Both the position numbers and the translations under genes were made by a program. Shown here piece after piece: positions 1 through 8,500 of a DNA stretch of 64,000 nucleotides. Each line of letters begins with the position of its first letter. The stretch's first letter is position 1. This stretch comes from Faecalimonas sp. (lineage in GTDB: Bacteria; Bacillota; Clostridia; Lachnospirales; Lachnospiraceae), in the NCBI GenBank assembly GCA_045632945.1, contig JAZQXU010000037.1, positions 95,369-159,368 on the forward strand. Reading direction: 5' to 3'. The notes beneath the pieces are model-generated. The model saw only the letters and a list, made by a program, of their open reading frames with translations, made no database searches and was not told where the DNA came from.

Positions 1-262
1 TTTTATTCTTTTTATCAAGAGTGTAATGCAAATCTACTTCTATATGTTCACCATTAACGACTGCCTCTACGGAAATTTCATCATCATCCACATCTAAATG
101 ATATCCCTTTTGTTCTTCAATCCATTCGCCTTTCAGCGGATTGGCTTTCATAGAACTGATAATCAGTAACCCAACAACTAACAGAATCACAATGCTGGAA
201 ACTGACATCACAAGAATCCAGGCCTTACTTCTTTTTTCCTCATCTCTTTGTCTCATTTGCAT
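1..262 (-). CDS. Hypothetical membrane-anchored protein (3' end beyond window edge)
   Basis: Read by hand: SD AGAGAGGTGA, ATG at 262, open to base 1; MQMRQRDEEKRSKAWILVMSVSSIVILLVVGLLII... has one N-terminal TM helix. Confidence 0.7.
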   Translation of the reverse strand, partial: MQMRQRDEEKRSKAWILVMSVSSIVILLVVGLLIISSMKANPLKGEWIEEQKGYHLDVDDDEISVEAVVNGEHIEVDLHYTLDKKNK

Positions 263-333
263 ACGTCTCACCTCTCTTTTTTTCTACTTAAATTATAAGA
301 ATTTTCTCAACCAGTGTCAATGTAAAAAGAGTA

Positions 334-1200
334 TTATTCTCCTCCGAGTTTACTTGCTGTAAACCAACCCACAATAAACGTCACAATACTAATAATCCAT
401 GTTAAAATCATTGGCAATGTGTCAGCTGGCATCGTAGTCCAATCTGTTTGCAGAAGAATTGCAATCGGCGAAGCCATGATTAATCCGATGATTGCAAAAT
501 AAGCATGTGTTTCTGCTTTGGAGAAAATAAATTCGATTAATTTTGCAATTAGGAAAATCCCCGCCAGAACTCCGATTCCAAACGGTGCAAGCACACCTAC
601 TGTTCTTAAAATTTCCGCCATATCAAATGCAAGTACTGCATCAATAAAATCGTTGATTGTTGAAAGAATAACATCATAATATCCCATAAGCATAAGCATC
701 ATAGAACCGCTAACACCCGGGACAACCATAGTTGCCGCTGCAACTATGCCAACTCCGAAAAGCTTAACTACATTAATAAACGAAAAACTAACATCTGCAG
801 CTGTTCCTGCCACATCCCCCATAACTGCCATCAGAATAACAACTCCGAAAAACACAAGAAACGGAATGATTTTCCCAATTGTGATTTTCTTTCCTTCTAC
901 CTTTTTGAAGATAAACGGAAGGCTACCTGCAATCAAACCGCAGAATGCAAAGTTTGTCGGAATCGGATGATTTGCAAGCAAATATTCAAATAATCTTGAT
1001 AATGCTACAATAGCAATTCCCACACCTACAAAAATCGGTATGATTAATTTTAAACTGTTTTTTAATTCACTTTTCAAATGAGTAATGCAATGAATCAGTT
1101 TGTCATATATCCCCATTGCAACCATCATAGTGCCACCGCTGACACCCGGTATAATATTGGCAACCCCTACTGCCAAACCTTGTAAAATTAGTTTTAACAT
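334..1200 (-). CDS. DUF368 family membrane protein (putative undecaprenyl-phosphate translocase)
   Basis: Duplicated PGVSG motifs (IIPGVSGGT, VVPGVSGSM) and multiple TM helices. Confidence 0.9.
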   Translation of the reverse strand: MLKLILQGLAVGVANIIPGVSGGTMMVAMGIYDKLIHCITHLKSELKNSLKLIIPIFVGVGIAIVALSRLFEYLLANHPIPTNFAFCGLIAGSLPFIFKKVEGKKITIGKIIPFLVFFGVVILMAVMGDVAGTAADVSFSFINVVKLFGVGIVAAATMVVPGVSGSMMLMLMGYYDVILSTINDFIDAVLAFDMAEILRTVGVLAPFGIGVLAGIFLIAKLIEFIFSKAETHAYFAIIGLIMASPIAILLQTDWTTMPADTLPMILTWIISIVTFIVGWFTASKLGGE

Positions 1201-1211
1201 ATTATTTCTCC

Positions 1212-2273
1212 CTATTCGTGTTGTTTCATATAATCTTTTAAAAATGAAACCAGTTGTTCCATTTCTTCCTGCGTTCCGATCGTGATGCGCAAATAGTTTT
1301 TAATTCGCTCTCCGCTCAGATATCTTACATAAATGCCTGCATCTTTCAATGCCATGAATAAATCATTTGCCGCATATTTTTCATGTGTTGCAAAAATAAA
1401 GTTGGTACAAGAATCCGGGAATCGGAAACCAAGCTTCGTAAGTTCTGCTTTTGTCCACTCTCTTGTATCCTTAATTTGATCCACAGTTTTTTCAAAATAT
1501 GCTTGATCCTTAACAGCCTCCACACCACAGATAATGGATGTCTGATTCATGGTATAGGAGTTGAAAGAATACTTTGCATCATTTAAGTACTGTATCAACG
1601 TTGGATTACTGATAGCATAACCAATTCTCATGCCGGCCATAGAACGCGATTTGGAACAAGTCTGCACAACGATTAGGTTGTCGTACTTATCAACCAGTTC
1701 TATCGCTGACTTTCCGGCAAAATCAATATATGCCTCATCAATAATAACAATAACATCCTGGTTGTGAACCAAAATATCCTCAATAAAATCCAACTCTTCA
1801 TAGATTGCCGTCGGAGCATTTGGGTTCGCCAGAATCACTCCACCATTTTCCTTGTAATAATCTTCCTTCACAATCCGAAATGTTTCATCTAGTGCCGGGC
1901 ACTCATATGGAATGCGGTAAAGCTCAGCCCACACCTTATAAAAAGAGTATGTAATATCCGGAAACAAAATCGGTTTATCAGAATTAAAAAAGGTCAAAAA
2001 ACACATGGCGAGCACATCATCAGATCCAACCCCCACAAACACCTGCGAGTCATCTACTCCGTAGCATTCTGCAAATGCATGAACCAATGCAGATGCTGTC
2101 GGATCCGGATATAATCTCATTTTGTCCACATCCGTATTCATGAGTGCATCTTTCACTCCCGGTGCCGGCGGATATGGATTTTCATTTGTATTTAATTTAA
2201 TCACCTTCTGCTTCGGTTGCTCTCCCGGAACATAAGGTTCTACTTTTCGAATATTGTTCTCATATGCTTTCAT
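1212..2273 (-). CDS. hisC: Histidinol-phosphate aminotransferase
   Basis: PYVPGEQP, KLNTNENPY, IDEAY, SKSRSMAGMRIG motifs; start moved to MKAYEN at 2273. Confidence 0.95.
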   Translation of the reverse strand: MKAYENNIRKVEPYVPGEQPKQKVIKLNTNENPYPPAPGVKDALMNTDVDKMRLYPDPTASALVHAFAECYGVDDSQVFVGVGSDDVLAMCFLTFFNSDKPILFPDITYSFYKVWAELYRIPYECPALDETFRIVKEDYYKENGGVILANPNAPTAIYEELDFIEDILVHNQDVIVIIDEAYIDFAGKSAIELVDKYDNLIVVQTCSKSRSMAGMRIGYAISNPTLIQYLNDAKYSFNSYTMNQTSIICGVEAVKDQAYFEKTVDQIKDTREWTKAELTKLGFRFPDSCTNFIFATHEKYAANDLFMALKDAGIYVRYLSGERIKNYLRITIGTQEEMEQLVSFLKDYMKQHE

Positions 2274-2274
2274 T

Positions 2275-3462
2275 TCAGAAATATTCCTTTGCAAGTTCTT
2301 TAAATTTTGGTAATGAATTTACGATAGTCGCATGCGAAACACAATATGCCATGCGCACAAATCCCGGACATCCGAAGGAACTTCCCGGAACGATTAGTAT
2401 ATTATATTTCTTTGCCGCCTCGCAAAATTCCTTTTCATTCTCAATCGGAGACTTCACAAAAAGATAAAATGCACCCTGTGGTTTAATGCAAGTAAAACCA
2501 AGCTGCGTTAAACCATTATACAGCGTTTCTCTATTCCTATCATAGTATGAAATGTCCGTTTTCTCATCCAAGCATTTCACCACCATTTTTTGTTGAAGCG
2601 TCGGCGCATTGACAAACCCAAGAATGCGCGTTGCTACGCATGCAGCTGAAATAAGCGACTCGCTGTCAGATGCCTCATCCGGAATCACAAGATAACCGAT
2701 ACGTTCTCCCGGAAGTGACAAGGATTTACTAAACGAATATCCCACAATTGTATTAGCATAATACTTTGTTAAATACGGAACCTCTACCCCATCATATGCC
2801 AATTCGCGATACGGCTCATCGGAAATCAGATAAATATCTGTGCCATATTCTCTTTGCTTTCTTTCCAAAATAGCAGTCATTTTTTTAATGGTTTCTTCTG
2901 AATAAACCACTCCTGTAGGATTGTTTGGGGTGTTCACAATCACTGCTTTTGTTTTTGCAGTAATCTTAGCCTCAAACTCATCTAATTTAGGTTGAAATGT
3001 CTCTGTATTCGGTGATATTGCAATAAGCACTCCGTCAAAATTAGCTGTGTAGCTTCTGTATTCGCCAAAATATGGTGCAAATGTAATCACTTCATCTCCT
3101 GGGTTTAGCAGAATCTTAAGCGCCACATTGAGTCCTCCGGCAGCACCGACCGTCATAATAATATTATGGCCTGAAAATGCTGTACCAAATCGTTCATTCA
3201 AGGACTTGGCTACAGCCAGGAGTACTTCCTCATATCCCGCATTGCTGTTGGTGTAACCATGAAGCGTAACCGGGTCTTCTTCGTTTAATAGTTCGATGAT
3301 AGAATCCTTGACTGCTTTTGGCGCCGGAACATTAGGGTTACCAAGACTAAAATCAAAGACATTTTCCGGGCCGTAAATCTTTGCCAAACGGTTTCCTTCT
3401 TCAAACATGGCTCGGATGGCTGAACTGTTATTAACCATTTCTCGCATTTTATCTGCAATCAT
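2275..3462 (-). CDS. PLP-dependent class I/II aminotransferase (aspartate aminotransferase-like)
   Basis: NTPNNPTG, SDEPY, SFSKSLSLPGERIG motifs. Confidence 0.9.
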   Translation of the reverse strand: MIADKMREMVNNSSAIRAMFEEGNRLAKIYGPENVFDFSLGNPNVPAPKAVKDSIIELLNEEDPVTLHGYTNSNAGYEEVLLAVAKSLNERFGTAFSGHNIIMTVGAAGGLNVALKILLNPGDEVITFAPYFGEYRSYTANFDGVLIAISPNTETFQPKLDEFEAKITAKTKAVIVNTPNNPTGVVYSEETIKKMTAILERKQREYGTDIYLISDEPYRELAYDGVEVPYLTKYYANTIVGYSFSKSLSLPGERIGYLVIPDEASDSESLISAACVATRILGFVNAPTLQQKMVVKCLDEKTDISYYDRNRETLYNGLTQLGFTCIKPQGAFYLFVKSPIENEKEFCEAAKKYNILIVPGSSFGCPGFVRMAYCVSHATIVNSLPKFKELAKEYF

Positions 3463-4364
3463 TGTATCTTCTCCTTTACAACGCCTTTTTCCACCAAAAA
3501 GGCCGGGCGATAGGAAAGTTTCGCCTTGCGTAGTCCTTCTGCACCGGTGTCTTCCTCTCTGTTAATATATTTATACTGCATACATTCATGTTCTATGAAC
3601 TGCTGATTGATCATCGGATACGCGCCTTGTATATCTGCAAAAGCTTTCTCTATATGCACTACAAACGTATCTTCACTAATTGGTTCGCCAATTGTAAAAG
3701 CAACTACCTCGCCGTCGATTTTAAGCACACCGCCAGTTAATTCCAATTCTTTAAACAAACGTAATGCGTTCAAGGTTACGCACATCTCTGCATTTTTCTC
3801 GTGATTTTCATCGCATTCGTTATCATTGCGCCATTTCAGTGCCATCTGAAAACATTCTTCCAAATTTTCTTCTGACATTGTCTCATAGCTCCAATTGTCA
3901 TATGTCGCCTTGAACTTATTGATATGATTACGCTTCGCATGAAGCTTCTTTCCTGATAACGTAGCTAGCCTTTCAGATTCATATATATAATCAGCAATGT
4001 CTCTGTCGTACTCTATCTCAAATTGGTTTGGATACCACTCATCAAGTTGTGTAAACTGTTCCTCCGTAATATGATACAGCATAAACGGAAGGTTTCGTTC
4101 CTTCGCATCTGCCATTAAACACTCAAGCGCTTTTTTTACATTTTCCGATTGACCGACCGGATAGGTGTATGCTTCTCCTCCACGGCTCAGCGAACGAAAA
4201 ACCAATGTATGTTCTACCTCTGCAAACGTGACCGGATAATGTCTGGACCACAAAAGTGAATTTGCAAATGTTCTCTCACAGCTCCTGCTCGGAAACTGCC
4301 TAAAATACTTATGCATCATTTCCCGGTCTTCTAATTCCGTTCGCTTGAACTGTATATCTTTCAA
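3459..4364 (-). CDS. DUF2156 / aminoacyl-phosphatidylglycerol synthase-like GNAT-fold protein
   Basis: LSGKKLHAKRNHINKF, HIEKA, INREEDTGAEGLRKAKLSYRP motifs. Confidence 0.9.
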   Translation of the reverse strand: MKDIQFKRTELEDREMMHKYFRQFPSRSCERTFANSLLWSRHYPVTFAEVEHTLVFRSLSRGGEAYTYPVGQSENVKKALECLMADAKERNLPFMLYHITEEQFTQLDEWYPNQFEIEYDRDIADYIYESERLATLSGKKLHAKRNHINKFKATYDNWSYETMSEENLEECFQMALKWRNDNECDENHEKNAEMCVTLNALRLFKELELTGGVLKIDGEVVAFTIGEPISEDTFVVHIEKAFADIQGAYPMINQQFIEHECMQYKYINREEDTGAEGLRKAKLSYRPAFLVEKGVVKEKIQ

Positions 4365-4488
4365 AATTCCATCTCCTTGTTTCTGTCATTATTATCAATC
4401 AAAGTGTTCAGTAGATAGTATAACACGACACACACATGAATACCACACAAAAACTAAACATGTAAATCTAAAATATTCTTTTTATGAC

Positions 4489-4517
4489 TTGAACCAAGAA
4501 CATATGTTTGTTATAAT
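4489..4517 (+). promoter_or_regulatory. SigA-type promoter of the small toxin gene
   Basis: TTGAAC (4489-4494), 17 nt, TATAAT (4512-4517), with extended -10 TG at 4509-4510. Confidence 0.8.
4497..4510. promoter_or_regulatory. LexA (SOS/Cheo) box candidate
   Basis: AGAACATATGTTTG fits the Firmicutes GAAC-N4-GTTY consensus and lies in the -35/-10 spacer. Confidence 0.65.
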
Positions 4518-4638
4518 ATATTCAGGTGCTACCTCACATTGACGTGTGACTGGCGGTTTGCTTCTTGCGGAGAGTTCATAGCTCCGATTACATAGATTTC
4601 ATCCCTTCGGGGAAATCTTGGAAAGGAGAACTAGTCAT

Positions 4639-4740
4639 ATGCTTACCATAAGTGACCTCATAACTGTAATTGCACTTTGTGCTACTTTTTATAGTCTTGG
4701 TTATCTGCATGGGCAGCATGATTCCAAGACGCAAAAATAA
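4639..4740 (+). CDS. 33-aa hydrophobic peptide, putative type I toxin (holin-like)
   Basis: SD GAAAGGAG at 4621-4628; MLTISDLITVIALCATFYSLGYLHGQHDSKTQK is one TM segment with a polar tail; below the ORF track cut-off. Confidence 0.8.
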   Translation: MLTISDLITVIALCATFYSLGYLHGQHDSKTQK

Positions 4741-4774
4741 CCGCCCTGTCCTGACAAACTTGGCGGTTATTTTT
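4733..4774. terminator. Bidirectional intrinsic terminator overlapping the toxin stop codon
   Basis: 13-bp perfect inverted repeat AAAAATAACCGCC / GGCGGTTATTTTT. Confidence 0.8.
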
Positions 4775-4822
4775 AATAACTAAAAACATATCAGGCGAAC
4801 CGTCATCGGTAGCACCTTTCTA
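4733..4822 (-). ncRNA. Putative antisense antitoxin RNA (~90 nt)
   Basis: Convergent promoter at 4828-4856; transcript would end at the shared hairpin 4733-4774 with a U-tract; ends approximate. Confidence 0.65.
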
Positions 4823-4827
4823 CCATT

Positions 4828-4856
4828 ATACTAACACTGTTTTTCTATTCTGTCAA
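4828..4856 (-). promoter_or_regulatory. SigA-type promoter of the antisense RNA
   Basis: Minus strand TTGACA (4856-4851), 17 nt, TAGTAT (4833-4828) with TG extension; overlapping TATAAT at 4830-4825. Confidence 0.75.
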
Positions 4857-4974
4857 ACACATATCCTATTTTCTATTCAAGTCTACATTTGTTGATATAT
4901 ACCGGGTAATTTCCCCATACAGATTGGATGTTGCAATTTTTGCAACACCCAAGAATTTCTCTAATTCACCTGTT

Positions 4975-6348
4975 TTACATTTTTTCTTCTTTTTTCTTCT
5001 GTTTTTCTAACTTTTTCTGTGCTTTGCGTTTTCTCGCCTCATGTCTACTTTTGCGACTTGCCACGAAATAAATCAAGGAAATCGACAATATAATAACTAA
5101 CGCGCCTAATCCCGCAATAGCATACATATAATACTCACTTGGGAAAAGTGTTTTTTCCTCAATGACTTCTTCTACCTCTTCTTCCACATATTCTTTGTAG
5201 AGTTGAAGGCTATTTTCTGTTTTTTCATATTGATAAACCACCTTTTCGCCAAATTCATTCATGACTAAAATATGAATATAGTTGGCGTAATCCGGGTTCT
5301 CATACGTCCAGCCATATAACGTAGTTCCATCAATGGTAACTTCAGAATATACCATGTTCTCTCGAACCTGTTCTTCTGCTGATAAATCATACACTATAAC
5401 ATTTCTACCCAAAAGCGAAACCGGTCGGAATACAGAAGTAATACCTTGAACACTGTCATAGATATAGAAATTCTTATCCCCCGATTCATTTACTAAATAA
5501 AGAAGTGTTTTATCAAATTGATTACTATGATATGCTTGTACTTCTTGACCTTCTATAGTAATAGTAGTCTGCTCAAACGATGCCGGAATTCCGATATTTG
5601 TTTGATTTCTCACAACGCCTAAGTTTTGATTGTTATGTGTTACATATACAAACGGTGTTTCATCTACATAAATATCCACCTTATATGTTTTCTGACTACC
5701 ATTTTCTGCAGTACACACAATGTCAAACGGATTGTGCCCCGGAACCAATGTTTTTTCACCTGTTCCTGACACAGTAGCCTTTGCATGATTTGCCTTTGCG
5801 TCCAACACAATCTTTTCTGTCGTTCCTGCAACATTAACACTATATTCTGTCGTTGCGGCATTAAATTCCGGAGTTAATGTTCCTTCCGAAACGGTTAACG
5901 ATGATAATGTGTTGTCTTTCGATTTAGTAACGGTTGTATGATTATTGTTATTATTGTTATTTGATGTTGAAGTTTTCTTTTTCACAGTAACGCTTGCGCT
6001 GGCAGCTTCTTCGGTCTCTGAATCATAATTAGCACCTACTCCGCTAACAGAAACTACACAAGTATCACCTGTAAGTTTAATTTTTGCACTTGTTGCTTCT
6101 CCTCGGTCAAGGGAGGTGTTACCCAATCCAGACACCACAGTTCCGCCTGTTACGTTTAGTTTGATATCGGCCACAAAATAGTTGCTTGCCGCTTTAACCG
6201 TAACTGTAAAAGTTCCTCCGGAAGAAACCTGTGATGCACTCGCCGATATACTTAGACCACCTGCGGCTTGCGTATCCATTTTAAGACTCACAGTCATTAA
6301 AATGAGTGCAACAAAAATATACAATACTTTTTTCATTTTTTTCTTCAT
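4975..6348 (-). CDS. Surface protein with cohesin-like N-terminus, cadherin-like beta-sandwich domain and C-terminal TM anchor
   Basis: Signal peptide; SASQVSSGGTFTVTV; KDNTLSSLTVSEGTLTPEF...EYSVNV (cadherin-like); C-terminal TM helix and basic tail. Confidence 0.8.
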   Translation of the reverse strand: MKKKMKKVLYIFVALILMTVSLKMDTQAAGGLSISASASQVSSGGTFTVTVKAASNYFVADIKLNVTGGTVVSGLGNTSLDRGEATSAKIKLTGDTCVVSVSGVGANYDSETEEAASASVTVKKKTSTSNNNNNNNHTTVTKSKDNTLSSLTVSEGTLTPEFNAATTEYSVNVAGTTEKIVLDAKANHAKATVSGTGEKTLVPGHNPFDIVCTAENGSQKTYKVDIYVDETPFVYVTHNNQNLGVVRNQTNIGIPASFEQTTITIEGQEVQAYHSNQFDKTLLYLVNESGDKNFYIYDSVQGITSVFRPVSLLGRNVIVYDLSAEEQVRENMVYSEVTIDGTTLYGWTYENPDYANYIHILVMNEFGEKVVYQYEKTENSLQLYKEYVEEEVEEVIEEKTLFPSEYYMYAIAGLGALVIILSISLIYFVASRKSRHEARKRKAQKKLEKQKKKEEKM

Positions 6349-6360
6349 TTTTTCTCCTCA

Positions 6361-8334
6361 CTATTGTACGATTACACTTTTCTTATCCAAATGGTTTCGT
6401 AATTTCACATAATCCAATGCAGATACTTTTCCGTCACAGCTGGTATCTGCTCCGTAAAGATATGCACCCTGTAATGAACTGACTTCGTCAAGGAAATTCC
6501 TTAATTTGACATAATCAATGGCAGACAGTTTTCCATCTCCACTCACATCTCCTCTAATTACAACGGTATAATCGCTCGTAGTCTCATTGGCTGTAATCGT
6601 AATTATCATGCCGGTTGCAACTGCCCCACTGGTAATCTGTGTCCCATCTGCTTTCTTCACAGTAAGTTGAGCACTAGGGTCATACGCGATTACTTTTTGC
6701 ACAATAGTTGCGACATCACTTCCAATGGCAAAGCCCGTCAAATATCCTTCGGTGCTAACAACATTTAATGCTGACAATATTTCTCCGTGTGTTTTTCCCG
6801 TTTCACCTGTATCCGGAAGCGGTATATTAATACTCTTTTCGAATACAATCTTAATATCACTTGCTTTTACATATACATAATCTCGGCTTGCATTATACAA
6901 GGCTGTTACATTTCTTGCGCTACGGTCATCTTTTAAGGACATGTCAGAACGTACTTTGTAAAATTTCTCACCACTACTTCCCGTTACTGTGTCTAAGATA
7001 ACCACCGGAAAATCATACAAATATCCCTTTTGTCCATTGCCTTCTCCGGCTGCTGACGTGTATATCTTAGCACTTGCAATATCCGGTTCCTTGTAGAACT
7101 GGATTCTACCACTTGTAGCAATACCTAAAGTATAGCGTCCATAATCTACTTTTTGTGTATCTATATAATATCCTCTTGCTGCAGCTTTTTCTCCCCAATA
7201 AGGGTCTGAAGCATATTTCACATTCATACCACTGTGTTTGTCGCCAACATGAGGACCTCTATATCTCCAATCGTTTCCATCCAAATAGCCTTTGTGAATA
7301 TATTTAAATGCAAATTCATTAATACATGCTTCCACAGACTCAAACGAATTTGCTAAATCCGGATTGGAGTCCGGCGCATTAATACTAAAGATATTGTTTC
7401 TTTGTGTTGAATACTTATTTGTTCCCCATCCGCTTTCATTGATCGCAATACCAAACATCAAAAGTGCATTAACTGTATATGTGTTTTGTCCGGCCACAAA
7501 ACCGCTTCCTCTATTTAATAAAACGGATGTCGGTTTGTTCTGTGCTGCAACATGTGCATTGTACTGTTCGGCCGTCAAAGACGCTGTTGCGTGAAAGGAT
7601 AAATACTGATAATAGTTGTAGTATGGTGCACCTGCATTGACTGCATGACTATAAGTATTGTTTTGATAGTCAGAAATCATCTGTGCAAAGTCCGCATAAA
7701 AATAATGCCCGTCATAACTATAATAACGTACGCCACTCGTAAGATAACTTGGTTGGTATCCTACTCGAGTATAGATAGATGATAAGGTGCTACCATTATA
7801 ATAAGTATAACGATGAAGTAAATATCCACCATCGATATAATAGTGGCTAACTTCATTGGTTCCACAATTCGAAAAGGCATCTATCTGCTTTACATAACTT
7901 GCACTTACTTTCATGACAACGCCTGCTAATTTACAAATGACACTGCCATCACTTTCTGTTCGTATGTAAGCCGCATCTCCCGCAGAATAGCAGTTGAAAT
8001 ATCCTGATCTTCCGGTGTCAACCTCTGTATAATTTACCACTCCGGAGCTGGCACTTTTAAATCTGACAACACCAATGACATTTGCTCTTGTATCCACTCC
8101 TGTTCTGGCACGTGAAAAAAATCTGGCGGAGCGTTTCCCCTCAAGATTATCAGCATCTTCTTGGGTAATCTCAACAGGTACAGGGTTACCTTGCTCATCT
8201 AAAACATGAAAACGATATACGATTTGGTCTTCTGCTTTAGAATCTATATAAAAAGAAAAACTCGCCAAGAAACATGTTACTACCAGTAACATGCCCAGAC
8301 AAGTTTTGCGCCAATTTCTCCCACGTATATTCAT
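6361..8334 (-). CDS. Secreted GH73 N-acetylglucosaminidase (autolysin) with C-terminal dockerin
   Basis: AINESGWG and YASDPYW GH73 motifs; duplicated dockerin repeats GDVSGDGKLSAIDYVKLRN / ADTSCDGKVSALDYVKLRN. Confidence 0.85.
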   Translation of the reverse strand: MNIRGRNWRKTCLGMLLVVTCFLASFSFYIDSKAEDQIVYRFHVLDEQGNPVPVEITQEDADNLEGKRSARFFSRARTGVDTRANVIGVVRFKSASSGVVNYTEVDTGRSGYFNCYSAGDAAYIRTESDGSVICKLAGVVMKVSASYVKQIDAFSNCGTNEVSHYYIDGGYLLHRYTYYNGSTLSSIYTRVGYQPSYLTSGVRYYSYDGHYFYADFAQMISDYQNNTYSHAVNAGAPYYNYYQYLSFHATASLTAEQYNAHVAAQNKPTSVLLNRGSGFVAGQNTYTVNALLMFGIAINESGWGTNKYSTQRNNIFSINAPDSNPDLANSFESVEACINEFAFKYIHKGYLDGNDWRYRGPHVGDKHSGMNVKYASDPYWGEKAAARGYYIDTQKVDYGRYTLGIATSGRIQFYKEPDIASAKIYTSAAGEGNGQKGYLYDFPVVILDTVTGSSGEKFYKVRSDMSLKDDRSARNVTALYNASRDYVYVKASDIKIVFEKSINIPLPDTGETGKTHGEILSALNVVSTEGYLTGFAIGSDVATIVQKVIAYDPSAQLTVKKADGTQITSGAVATGMIITITANETTSDYTVVIRGDVSGDGKLSAIDYVKLRNFLDEVSSLQGAYLYGADTSCDGKVSALDYVKLRNHLDKKSVIVQ

Positions 8335-8500
8335 TATATTCTCCCCTTAATTTATAAAAACTACCCTTATTTTACATAATTCTAGATTATTATACAAAAA
8401 AGGAACATAGATTGTCAAATGGTTATGGTTGTCAATTTGACATCTCCCCTCAGAATCCCTATAATACTTTTATTAAATGTACTTTGGAGGTCCTTCTAAA

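Noticed and set aside
4345-4542. 65-aa plus-strand ORF in the track
   Set aside because: No SD, spans two promoters and overlaps the DUF2156 start; the real small gene is 4639-4740
4854-4867. Possible second LexA box near the antisense promoter (CAAACACATATCCT)
   Set aside because: Right half-site is too degenerate (ATCC instead of GTTY)
5938-5964. AAT/AAC trinucleotide run encoding poly-Asn
   Set aside because: In-frame low-complexity linker; length change would not shift frame, so not a phase-variation switch
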